Source: an uncultured Candidatus Saccharibacteria bacterium
GTDB taxonomy: Bacteria; Patescibacteriota; Dojkabacteria; SC72
Reading direction: 5' to 3'
Length of the DNA: 64,000 bases
Assembly: GCA_964655705.1 (NCBI GenBank)
Contig: CAZZPP010000005.1
Location: 10,035 to 74,034, forward strand
Shown here: positions 39,908 to 48,875 of the stretch, in pieces
Layout of the letters: each line of letters opens with the position of its first letter
Numbering within the stretch: the first letter of the stretch is position 1
Translations under genes and position numbers: made by a program
The notes under the pieces: generated by a model
Database searches by the model: none
The model's input: only the letters and a program-made list of their open reading frames with translations
What the model was told of the DNA's origin: nothing

Positions 39908-40390
39908 ATGAAATTACTAATTAGTTCATGTCTTTTAGGACTTAAAACTAAATACAATGGAGAGAGTAATGAGGATATTCACCTAATTGAATACCTTAAA
40001 GAAAACAATATTGAGTTTTACCCATTATGTGCTGAACAACTTGGAGGTTTAAGTACACCCAGAGAGGCTTGTGAGATTGAGAGTGGTTATACCAGTAATG
40101 ACATTTTAAATGGTAAAGGCAGAGTACTTTCAAAAAATGGTGTTGATTGTACAAAACACTTTATATTAGGTGCTCAGAAGGTATTACAATTTTGTAAACA
40201 ATTTGGTATTACTCATGCTATTGTTCAGCCTAGGAGTCCATCTTGTGGTCTCTCATATATCTATGATGGTAGTTTTAGTGGTAAGTTAATAAAAGGGAAT
40301 GGGGTTATGGTTCAGTTATTAATAAATAATGGAATAGAGGTAGTATCTGATTTAAGAGAATTAAGAAAGAAGGTTGAATTGTTTAAATAG
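39908..40390 (+). CDS. DUF523 / thiouracil desulfurase (TudS) family Fe-S protein
   Basis: SSCLLG, LCAEQLGGLSTPRE and RSPSCG...YDGSFSG; three conserved Cys. Confidence 0.88.
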   Translation: MKLLISSCLLGLKTKYNGESNEDIHLIEYLKENNIEFYPLCAEQLGGLSTPREACEIESGYTSNDILNGKGRVLSKNGVDCTKHFILGAQKVLQFCKQFGITHAIVQPRSPSCGLSYIYDGSFSGKLIKGNGVMVQLLINNGIEVVSDLRELRKKVELFK

Positions 40391-40439
40391 TATTTGAGTG
40401 TTAATATGTTGTTATTAATTTAACATATTGAATTGATAA

Positions 40440-40826
40440 ATGAAGAATCACTACTATCAGAACGTATCTTTTAGAAAAAGTTTAAGACATGCATTCAATG
40501 GTCTTAAGTCCATATTTAGAGATGAAAGAAATTTTAGAAGGGATTTAGTAATAGCCGTTTTTGTAATTATAGTAGGAATATTACTTAATATTTCCCATTG
40601 GGATTGGATAGCTATTAGTTTAGTTATATCTATGGTGTTTATATCAGAGACTATAAATAGTGTCATAGAGGCAATATGTGATACTGTTTCTAAGGAGTAC
40701 AAGGTAAATATCAAATATGCTAAAGATGTTAGTGCAGGGGCTGTTTTAGTTAGTGCAATAGTGTCAATAATAACGGGTATATTGGTATTTATACCATATA
40801 TATTTGAATTTCTAATGAGGTTATAA
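40440..40826 (+). CDS. dgkA: Diacylglycerol/undecaprenol kinase
   Basis: HAFNGL, ERNFR, ETINSVIEAICD and AKDVSAGAVL motifs. Confidence 0.9.
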   Translation: MKNHYYQNVSFRKSLRHAFNGLKSIFRDERNFRRDLVIAVFVIIVGILLNISHWDWIAISLVISMVFISETINSVIEAICDTVSKEYKVNIKYAKDVSAGAVLVSAIVSIITGILVFIPYIFEFLMRL

Positions 40827-40921
40827 AAAGCGAAAAAGGAAGCACTTACTAAATAAATAGTTGAAATTGGTTAGATTTCTGCTTCCTAATCCTACTAACT
40901 AACACCATGCCAGTTAGGTAT
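40825..40921 (-). ncRNA. Candidate small structured ncRNA (about 95 nt)
   Basis: Promoter TTGACA-17-TAAAGT; 10-bp 5' hairpin; 8-bp closed three-way junction followed by U runs. Confidence 0.5.
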
Positions 40922-40926
40922 TGAAT

Positions 40927-40955
40927 ACTTTATCATTAGCTGTGTAGTATGTCAA
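40927..40955 (-). promoter_or_regulatory. sigma70-type promoter with extended -10
   Basis: TTGACA (40955-40950), 17 bp, TGa-TAAAGT (40932-40927). Confidence 0.65.
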
Positions 40956-41017
40956 GGGAAACAAGGAGGATAATTGCTATAGGCTTATTCCTCGGTATTT
41001 TGATAAAAGTATATATA

Positions 41018-41779
41018 TTATCCAAACATCTCTTTTGTCTTGTTATATCCCATTTCTATGTATTTTTCTTTATTCTCAAATATATCACCAATAGATACAG
41101 AATCAAGATCAAAGAATAGTTTTTTATCTGCTTTTTTCATATCTTCTTTTGCGATATTGTACAGAGTAGCCTTGTATGTTGAGGATTGGACATTAAGAAA
41201 AGATCTCCTGTCGGGATTCTCATTCGGGTATGATTCTAGATTAACCCCTATTATCTTCTGTCCACCTATGCATTTAGCTGCATCAGTTGGTACAGAATCT
41301 GCATAACCTCCATCAATTAGGAATTTGTTTTCATACTCATATGCACCAAAGATATAGCTTACTGAACAACTTGCCCTCAGTGCATGTTTAAGTAGTCCTG
41401 TTCTATGGAATATCTTTTCTCCTGTATTCAGATCGACACTTACCGATACAAATGGTATTTTACAATCAGAAATAGAGGCATCATTTACAAGGGTTTCAAG
41501 AAAGAAAAGAAGTGGGTCTTTGTTATCCTTTAGGGATATTTTATTTACATAACTAGATACAATATTGTTAATCTCTTCTTTGTCTAGATTTAATGCCATT
41601 GCCTCTACCTTGGATATGTCTTTGTAAAGAGCATATAATCCTCCAACAATTGAACCTATACTACTACCTGCAATATGGGTTATCTCAATTCCTAATTCTT
41701 CTAGGGCCTTAATTACACCAATATGTACAAACCCCTTCTGTCCACCAGAGCCTAGTGCTAGTGCGTATTTTTCGGGCAT
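41018..41779 (-). CDS. Patatin-like phospholipase (RssA type)
   Basis: LGSGGQKG, GSSIG, ALRAS and DGG motifs. Confidence 0.9.
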   Translation of the reverse strand: MPEKYALALGSGGQKGFVHIGVIKALEELGIEITHIAGSSIGSIVGGLYALYKDISKVEAMALNLDKEEINNIVSSYVNKISLKDNKDPLLFFLETLVNDASISDCKIPFVSVSVDLNTGEKIFHRTGLLKHALRASCSVSYIFGAYEYENKFLIDGGYADSVPTDAAKCIGGQKIIGVNLESYPNENPDRRSFLNVQSSTYKATLYNIAKEDMKKADKKLFFDLDSVSIGDIFENKEKYIEMGYNKTKEMFG

Positions 41780-41829
41780 AGTAAAGTAATCAAAAATTAT
41801 TTCTTTTTAATTATATCACTCTTAATTAA

Positions 41830-43098
41830 TCATAAGTGAACAGTTAATAGCTCATTCCAATTAGTAGTATATCCCTTAGAAATCATAGATTGTTTCATTT
41901 GAAGAGTACTTTCTATACCCATAGAGCCAACCCTTATGGTATCTCTACCCCACTTTTTGTTTAGAGTATCTATGCATTTCATTGCACGATATCTTTTTAA
42001 ATTACTATCAAAGGGAGCATTAAAAAGATTTAGTTGCGTATCCTTAATGGGAGAGATATCAGAAAGTATGACTCCAGTTTTTTTGTATATATATCCTTGC
42101 TTAAATATTTTCTGTAAACCAATTAAAGAATATTTTATTAATGTAGGAGTATCACAAGTCTTGAAGGGGAGTCTAATACAGGTCATATTTGAGTAGAAAG
42201 GAGTCTTAAATGGGTCTGAGAGTATGAAAATAGTTAGAGTACCAACTAAACAGTTTTGTTCTCTTAACTTTTCCCCTGCCCTAGCAACATCTATTGCTAA
42301 GGCTTGTTTAATATCATCTAATGATTTTGTTTTCTTCTCGAATGATTTAGACCTAGTAATACTTTTTTTCAGTAGTGTTTTACTATCTAAAGGAATACAA
42401 TCAATATTATTTAATTCCAATACACTCCTAAGGCCTTGTACTGTCATATGCTTTCTAATACTTTGCCTATTTGCATACTTTAGGTCTTTGGCATTTGAGA
42501 TGTTAATTGAGTGTAACCATTTAGAATACTGTCTACCTACTCCCCAGATATCTTCAATATCTACCATTTCTAAATAGCTGTCGTTATCCTTTACATCTAA
42601 AAGAGAGAGTACACCTCCATATGTAATATCCTTTTTAGCAATCTTTGTTGCTATCTTCGTTAATGTCTTAGTATATGCAATACCTACAGTAGTTGGTATT
42701 CCTACATCTTGTAATATCTTTTCTCTAATCTTCTTCCCATATCTAGCCAATTTAGTATGAGTTAGGTTTAGGGTAACAAATGCTTCATCTATGGAATAGA
42801 CTTCAATATTTGGGGAAAATATTTTTAAGGTGTCTACTACTCTTCTAGAGATATCTGCATACAAAGAGTAGTTTGAAGAAAATACAGATACTCCATTCTT
42901 CTTAATAAACTCCTCTTCTTTAAAATATGGAGTCCCCATCTGTATACCCAAACTCTTTGCTTCATTAGATCTAGATACAATACACCCATCATTATTAGAG
43001 AGTACTACAACAGGTTTACCAATTAAATCTGATCTAAATAGCCTCTCACAAGAGACATAGAAGTTATCACAATCTATTAGGGCATATATGTTCCTCAT
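41830..43098 (-). CDS. umuC: Y-family DNA polymerase V subunit UmuC
   Basis: LIDCDNFYVSCER, VVVLSNNDGC, SSNYSLY, YSIDEAF and WGVGR motifs, C-terminal YTTNWNEL; ATGA overlap with umuD. Confidence 0.95.
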   Translation of the reverse strand: MRNIYALIDCDNFYVSCERLFRSDLIGKPVVVLSNNDGCIVSRSNEAKSLGIQMGTPYFKEEEFIKKNGVSVFSSNYSLYADISRRVVDTLKIFSPNIEVYSIDEAFVTLNLTHTKLARYGKKIREKILQDVGIPTTVGIAYTKTLTKIATKIAKKDITYGGVLSLLDVKDNDSYLEMVDIEDIWGVGRQYSKWLHSINISNAKDLKYANRQSIRKHMTVQGLRSVLELNNIDCIPLDSKTLLKKSITRSKSFEKKTKSLDDIKQALAIDVARAGEKLREQNCLVGTLTIFILSDPFKTPFYSNMTCIRLPFKTCDTPTLIKYSLIGLQKIFKQGYIYKKTGVILSDISPIKDTQLNLFNAPFDSNLKRYRAMKCIDTLNKKWGRDTIRVGSMGIESTLQMKQSMISKGYTTNWNELLTVHL

Positions 43099-43502
43099 AT
43101 GCATTCATGTATTACAAAGGTTACTACACCCCATATTTGGAAATCATTTTTGTTAGTTATCTCAATTGGTTTGTAATTATGATTAGCAGGATACAGATAT
43201 ATCCTGTTCATACTCTTAACAAATCGTTTAACTGTAAATTCATCATCAATGTATGCAACTATTACGGAGTTGTTTTTGGCTAACAAAGACCTATCTACTA
43301 CTAATATATCTCCACTATTAATACCCTTACCCTCCATAGAATCACCCTGAACCCTTACTAGGAATGTTGAGGTAGGATGTTTGACTATTTTCTTAAATAT
43401 ATCTACCCTTTCTTCCATATAGTCTTGAGCGGGGCTAGGAAACCCTGCTTTAACAAAGGATTGTGCTAATGGTAATACATACCTATCTTCGTTTTTTTTC
43501 AT
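43095..43502 (-). CDS. umuD: DNA polymerase V autoproteolytic subunit UmuD
   Basis: AGFPSPA, GDSM, FTVKR and IWGVV motifs; no HTH domain. Confidence 0.95.
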   Translation of the reverse strand: MKKNEDRYVLPLAQSFVKAGFPSPAQDYMEERVDIFKKIVKHPTSTFLVRVQGDSMEGKGINSGDILVVDRSLLAKNNSVIVAYIDDEFTVKRFVKSMNRIYLYPANHNYKPIEITNKNDFQIWGVVTFVIHECI

Positions 43503-43531
43503 ATGGCTTGAGTATACTAATCATATATACT

Positions 43532-43550
43532 AGTATACCAATGGTATACT
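43532..43550. promoter_or_regulatory. Palindromic operator candidate upstream of umuDC
   Basis: Perfect inverted repeat AGTATACCA-A-TGGTATACT over the expected -35 region of the umuD promoter. Confidence 0.6.
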
Positions 43551-43655
43551 CCTGGGCAAGTAGATATAGTAATTTGAGAAAGACAGGATATTTGACATAT
43601 TTAAGGAAAAGGTAGAATATAGTTGGTATTAAGATTAAAATTTTTAAATATCCAT

Positions 43656-44894
43656 ATGAGAAAGTCTCTCTTTTTTTCAATAATTCTCTCGGTAATATCA
43701 ATCCTTTTGTTCACTTCTAAAGTAAATGCTCTCAATATGTATTTACAAGATCAGAGTCAACAAAACTTTACTGGAAAAGCCCCTGTATATTCCGAATATC
43801 AAACTAATCAAACTTTTAAGGTTACGAAAAATGTCCTTACTAAGATAGCAATTGGTATGAGGGATAGAAAGGCAGGAGCATCCATATCCTTAATTGTTAA
43901 AGATGAAAATACTGGTCAAACAATTGTTACTAAAGCACAAAGAATGGAGGGGGGAGATGGATGGGAGATATTTGATTTAGTTGATAATGAGGTTGGATAC
44001 AAGGTAGATATCACTCATAGGTTTTCAATGTGGGTAAGCACTTTAATATCTACGGACCCGATTCCTTCTTGGTTGTTTACAACAGATTCTAGTGCCTATT
44101 CCAAGGGATATAGAAGAGGTGGTTTAATTGATTTAGGTGGGGATCATGTATTCCTTACATATGGATATGATTTAGTTGAGGATGACCAACCGGTGATTCC
44201 AGTTATTGAGATTGTGGAAGAGGAAGAGGAAGAGGAAGAGGATGCGACTCCTTCAGATGAAGCCTCTCCTACCGAAGAAGAAACAGATAGTTCTCCTGAG
44301 GTACAACCCCTTGATACAGGAGAAGAGGATATTGTATTAGATATCCAAGATGAAGATGTTGAGGACTCTGTAAAAGTTCCTACAATTGAGATGGTGTTAA
44401 TAAATGATGTTGAGGAAGAATTCAATGAAACAGTAAATCTTTTTGTTGAAGACATTTTAAATATTAGTGGTAATGCCCAAAGTGGTGATACAGTATTAAT
44501 TACCATTGGTGAAAAGATATTTGCCGCTATTGCTGATATTGATGGTAAATGGTCATTAGTCATAGATATATCGGCTCTAGATACAGGTGAGTATTCTGTT
44601 TATGGCCAGGCGAAGGATTCAGATGGGAAAGTGAGTCAAAAGATAGAATTTTTTGATATAAATGTTTCTGATATTGATGATGAGATTGTGGTTACCAATG
44701 GCCTCGAACAAGAAAATACAAAGACTCTTCCGTTCGAGTTATATATTATTTTCGGTGGAATATTTCTTTTAATTGTCTTTTTAGTATTGTATTTTGTTAT
44801 TAGAAAAAGAAAAGGGTTGAAAGAAAAAACATCTGAGATTATTACTTCCGATCCTGATTTAATTAAGGATGAAGCAGAAAAATCAAATAAGTAA
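43656..44894 (+). CDS. Exported protein with acidic linker, Ig-like domain and C-terminal TM
   Basis: Signal peptide; poly-Glu linker; ISGNAQSG...ADIDGKWSL...GEYSV; C-terminal TM followed by a basic stop-transfer sequence. Confidence 0.7.
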   Translation: MRKSLFFSIILSVISILLFTSKVNALNMYLQDQSQQNFTGKAPVYSEYQTNQTFKVTKNVLTKIAIGMRDRKAGASISLIVKDENTGQTIVTKAQRMEGGDGWEIFDLVDNEVGYKVDITHRFSMWVSTLISTDPIPSWLFTTDSSAYSKGYRRGGLIDLGGDHVFLTYGYDLVEDDQPVIPVIEIVEEEEEEEEDATPSDEASPTEEETDSSPEVQPLDTGEEDIVLDIQDEDVEDSVKVPTIEMVLINDVEEEFNETVNLFVEDILNISGNAQSGDTVLITIGEKIFAAIADIDGKWSLVIDISALDTGEYSVYGQAKDSDGKVSQKIEFFDINVSDIDDEIVVTNGLEQENTKTLPFELYIIFGGIFLLIVFLVLYFVIRKRKGLKEKTSEIITSDPDLIKDEAEKSNK

Positions 44895-44983
44895 AGGAAC
44901 CACTAGTTGTTGATGAAATTAATTGTATTACTGTTCATACCTATTAATTTTGATATAATATCGATAATTTCAATCTTAAGTAT

Positions 44984-45379
44984 ATGAACTGTGATAATTG
45001 CGGTAAGGAGTTAAAAGAAGGTTCCATATTTTGTTCTAACTGTGGTGAAAGAGTTACTGAGAAAAAGGAGTTTAAATCCTCACCTAAAAAAGATACTACC
45101 TCAAAAAGTACACAATACAGTGATGAGTTTCAGGATATGTTACGCTTAGAACAAGCTAAGCAGTTTGCAAACAAAGAAATTATCAAAGGATTACTGATAT
45201 GTGGTGGTGGTATATTACTTACCCTTATTGGATACTCTAGTGCAGGTTATGGGGAATCATATTTTATATGGTGGGGACTAGTACTTTGGGGTGGATACAT
45301 TTTCGTTAAGGGTTTGTATTGGAGAGTTTTTCCTAACAAGTTATTAGGTATACCTGGGAAGGTACCAAAGAGAGAATAA
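44984..45379 (+). CDS. Zinc-ribbon membrane protein
   Basis: CDNCG...FCSNCG plus two TM. Confidence 0.75.
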   Translation: MNCDNCGKELKEGSIFCSNCGERVTEKKEFKSSPKKDTTSKSTQYSDEFQDMLRLEQAKQFANKEIIKGLLICGGGILLTLIGYSSAGYGESYFIWWGLVLWGGYIFVKGLYWRVFPNKLLGIPGKVPKRE

Positions 45380-45395
45380 ATAATTTGCGTAATAT

Positions 45396-45947
45396 ATGAT
45401 TATGTATTGTATTAAATGTGGTAACAAGGTAATGCAAGATGACAAATTTTGTAATATATGTGGTGAGAAAATACAGAAAGAAGAGGTGAAGGATATTCCA
45501 CAGAGTATTACTAATCAACCAGTCTTAAAAGAAAAACCAATAAAGAATTCTAATGCTGGGATTTATATTGTAATAAGTATTATTTTCTCAGTAGTGATAA
45601 TTACCTGGGTATATAATAAATTTAATAATTCCAATGATAAAGTTATTAATGATATGGTTACATATTTAAAAACAGAGTGGGATTTACCAACCGAAATAGA
45701 TGAATATACAGTGTTAGTTGATGTTACACCACAAGCAAATGCTATTCGTTACCACTATATTGTATCTGGTCTGGGAGATCTTTCATTAACCAGTAGTGAT
45801 CTAAAATCATTTTTACTTCCTTCTGCATGTAATGATTCAGATATTATGGATCTTTTAAGAGAAGGTATTAATCTCGAGTATTCATATGTTTGTGATGATA
45901 GTTTGAATACATACTTTTTTGTAATATCTGAAGATGATTGTATATAA
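45396..45947 (+). CDS. Zinc-ribbon membrane protein with extracellular domain
   Basis: CIKCG...FCNICG, one TM, then LPTEIDEYT domain. Confidence 0.75.
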   Translation: MIMYCIKCGNKVMQDDKFCNICGEKIQKEEVKDIPQSITNQPVLKEKPIKNSNAGIYIVISIIFSVVIITWVYNKFNNSNDKVINDMVTYLKTEWDLPTEIDEYTVLVDVTPQANAIRYHYIVSGLGDLSLTSSDLKSFLLPSACNDSDIMDLLREGINLEYSYVCDDSLNTYFFVISEDDCI

Positions 45948-45970
45948 TATTGATATATTAATATTTAGTT

Positions 45971-46471
45971 ATGAAAAAGATTAATAACGAGAGTAAAGAG
46001 AGTGCAAGAGATAGTTTAAGTGATAATGTAAAGAATTTTAAAATTTTTTTAATTATTATCTCTATTCTTAATGCAATTACTAACTTATTTTATGCATGGT
46101 TTTCAAATTGGGATATACCAGTATTTATTCTAGTCATATTGTTTTTGTCCCTAGGAGCATTGACATACTGGAAATTCAAAAATGTTGATGTTGATAATTG
46201 CATTGAACTTAAAAACAGTTTTCTTTCAATTGGTCTTTTATCACTCTTTATACTCTCCTACTTACTATTCTATGGACTATTCCCAGGTATTACTATTCTT
46301 CTAACATTCTATTCATTTAAATTAAGAAGATCTGTAATTAGATATGAGAGAGGGTTATTTGGAAAGAAAGAATTTGTAGACAGAGTATTTTCCTTTTTAG
46401 AGGTACTAATTGTATTCATATTTACAATAGGGAGTATACTTACATATATTAGCAGGCAAATACCTGTATAG
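45971..46471 (+). CDS. Hypothetical membrane protein
   Basis: About 4-5 TM segments. Confidence 0.6.
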   Translation: MKKINNESKESARDSLSDNVKNFKIFLIIISILNAITNLFYAWFSNWDIPVFILVILFLSLGALTYWKFKNVDVDNCIELKNSFLSIGLLSLFILSYLLFYGLFPGITILLTFYSFKLRRSVIRYERGLFGKKEFVDRVFSFLEVLIVFIFTIGSILTYISRQIPV

Positions 46472-46497
46472 ATTCTTAAATTATTACTATTCATAAC

Positions 46498-47256
46498 ATG
46501 TTAAGCATATTCCTATACATATTTGTATTACAGATAATATTTTTCATTTATGCGGCTCTTAAGAAAACAGATAAGGTAACAGACCTATCATATGGTTTAA
46601 CATTTGTATTAGCATCAATATTTACATATCTAGTAAATATACAATACTCATCAATATTTTGAACAATACTAGTAATATTAATTTCAATATGGGGTATTAG
46701 GTTGTCTGCATATCTCTTTGTTAGAATACTTAAAACTGGTAAAGACAAAAGATTTGATGGAGTAAGAGAAGATTTAAAAAGATTTGGATCATTTTGGTTA
46801 CTTCAAGCAGTTTCAATATTTGTAATATTATTACCTACTACATATATTCTAATTAGTAAGGATATGATGTCTCTTAACTGGATATCTACAATTGGGTTAA
46901 TTATTTCTACTCTTGGAATATTAATTGAGGGTATAGCGGATTGGCAGAAGTATATATTTAAAAGTAATGCGAGTAACAAAGGGAGATGGATAGATACCGG
47001 GTTATGGAAATATTCTAGACATCCTAACTATCTTGGAGAGATTATGATGTGGGTTGGTATATTCATATATTGTCTTGTATATATTAATGGTATTGGATTA
47101 ATTACAATACTTTCTCCCATATATATTACCGTATTACTTTTAGCAGTCAGTGGAATCCCTACACTTGAAAAAGAGTATAACAAAAGGTATAAGGAGAGTA
47201 AGGAGTATCAAGAGTACAAGAGAAAGACGGGTAAACTATTACCTAAAATCTTCTAA
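46498..47256 (+). pseudogene. DUF1295 (steroid 5-alpha reductase-like) membrane protein interrupted by one in-frame TGA
   Basis: ATG at 46498 reads MLSIF...KTDKVTDLSYG...SSIF*TILV...WGIRLSAYL...DKRF...ADWQK...GLWKYSRHPNYLGE; TGA at 46660-46662. Confidence 0.75.
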
Positions 47257-47279
47257 TTTAAATTATTTTAACTAGACAA

Positions 47280-47954
47280 ATGAAATGTCCTAAATGTAAT
47301 TCAGAAAGAATTGAATTTGTTTCAAATGTTACTACTAAGGGTTTTTCTAATGAAAAAGCATTAACAGGTTGTTTCTGTTTTGGTCTTCCAGGTCTTCTTT
47401 TTGGTTTGTGTGACTCAGGTAAACAACAGACAAGAGAGTTTTGGATATGTAATAACTGTGGTACAAAGTTCCAAAAAGCAGATGCTGATGCAAAGGAGAA
47501 AAAGATTCAAAACTGTCAGGCCATTGTTAGTGGTGCGAGTAAAGAAGAATTAAATAATTTACCAAGTCAGTTGTCTAAGGCTAGATCTAATTCAATTAAT
47601 TCTGAAGAGGAGTTTAACAAGGCATTAGAGAGTGAGAAAGGTAGTAATTTAGATATTGTTAAAGCTTTTAAAACCAGAAAGATTCTCTTCATATTAGGAT
47701 TTGTACTAGGAGTTTTAAGTATAGTTGTTGTTGCTACTGGTGGAGGGATATTTGGATTAATATTTCTGGGATTGTTCCTTTGGGATGTCCTTTCTTACAA
47801 AAAAGACAAGGAGAAGATCATATACAAATATGCATCACCTAAATTAAAAGAGCTAGAAATTAAAAAGAAAGAAAGCAAGGAGAAGGTTATTAGGTTAGAG
47901 AGAATTGAGAAAGCACAGAGTGATTTACACCAGATGTTAGGTGATGGAAAATAA
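47280..47954 (+). CDS. Zinc-ribbon membrane protein with coiled coils
   Basis: CPKC...CNNCG flanking a hydrophobic insert; two C-terminal TM. Confidence 0.7.
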   Translation: MKCPKCNSERIEFVSNVTTKGFSNEKALTGCFCFGLPGLLFGLCDSGKQQTREFWICNNCGTKFQKADADAKEKKIQNCQAIVSGASKEELNNLPSQLSKARSNSINSEEEFNKALESEKGSNLDIVKAFKTRKILFILGFVLGVLSIVVVATGGGIFGLIFLGLFLWDVLSYKKDKEKIIYKYASPKLKELEIKKKESKEKVIRLERIEKAQSDLHQMLGDGK

Positions 47955-48306
47955 TTTAGAGAGGTGGATAAGGGTAATGAGGATTGGACAATTACTGCAT
48001 TGTCATCAGATGCCTGAGCGTAGTTTCTTTTGTAAGGGTTATCAACTCCCAGTGTGTGCAAGATGTTTGGGAGTAATAATTGGACATATTATAGCTATCA
48101 TTCTTATACTGTTTATAGATATACCATTACTGATTGGTATTGGATTTTGTGTGATTATGTTTGTAGATTGGTTACTTCAGTATTTGAATATAATGGAGTC
48201 AACAAATATTAGGAGGTTAATTACAGGGATATTTGGAGGTATGGGGGTAATAATTGTATCAATATGGTTACTTAAATATATCTATGTTTCTCTTACTAGT
48301 ATTTAG
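47944..48306 (+). CDS. DUF2085 family membrane protein
   Basis: CHQMPERSF...QLPVCARC.G and STNIRRLITG motifs. Confidence 0.85.
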   Translation: MENNLERWIRVMRIGQLLHCHQMPERSFFCKGYQLPVCARCLGVIIGHIIAIILILFIDIPLLIGIGFCVIMFVDWLLQYLNIMESTNIRRLITGIFGGMGVIIVSIWLLKYIYVSLTSI

Positions 48307-48425
48307 TATTGTTTCTTTACTCTCCATATTTCTACATAACACATCAATATGTAGTAGTACTTTCGTTGTTTGAAAGACAATAGCTAAGAGTAACAAACAA
48401 TAGGGTAAAAGACATATTACTATCT

Positions 48426-48821
48426 CTATTTAGTTAATTCTGTACATTTGAAAGTATTTACTTTCCTACCATTTGAGATACCTTGATCAGAGAAGGAGCA
48501 ATTTGTACCACAGGAATAGTCCCAGTTTCCTTCTGTTAAATCTTTCTTTTCTGATTCATTCTTAGCCCATTCACGGCATTCTTCAAGTGTCTTGAACTGC
48601 CCATCATCGATAATTGAATTTGAACCTACATACCACATAGATCCATACCAGGGATATTTTAAATCGTGTTCCTCATCCTTTTTCATTGCAAGGTTAATTA
48701 AAAATCCTACGAAAATTATGCCTATGAAGTATTTTAAAAAGGTTAAACAGCCAGTTACAACTTTCTTTTTAGTTGAGATCTCTTCTTTTGGTTGATCTGT
48801 ATAGTAGGTATGATTAATCAT
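48426..48821 (-). CDS. Membrane-anchored hypothetical protein with Cys-rich extracellular domain
   Basis: True start probably MINH at 48821 because the upstream part of the ORF overlaps tRNA-His; TM, then TLEECREWA and YSCGTNC. Confidence 0.65.
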   Translation of the reverse strand: MINHTYYTDQPKEEISTKKKVVTGCLTFLKYFIGIIFVGFLINLAMKKDEEHDLKYPWYGSMWYVGSNSIIDDGQFKTLEECREWAKNESEKKDLTEGNWDYSCGTNCSFSDQGISNGRKVNTFKCTELTK

Positions 48822-48875
48822 ACTTATTAATGATAGCATAGATGAAAAAATCTTTAAATATGAATCATTGGGATC

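Noticed and set aside
40878-40895. AGGAAGCAG resembling SRP RNA helix 8
   Set aside because: No CAGG-stem-GNRA tetraloop arrangement; the segment pairs elsewhere
44216-44242. GAGGAA tandem repeats
   Set aside because: Simply encodes a poly-Glu linker
46660-46662. Alternative genetic code (TGA = Gly or Trp)
   Set aside because: All other genes are intact under code 11 and TGA serves as a true stop elsewhere in the window
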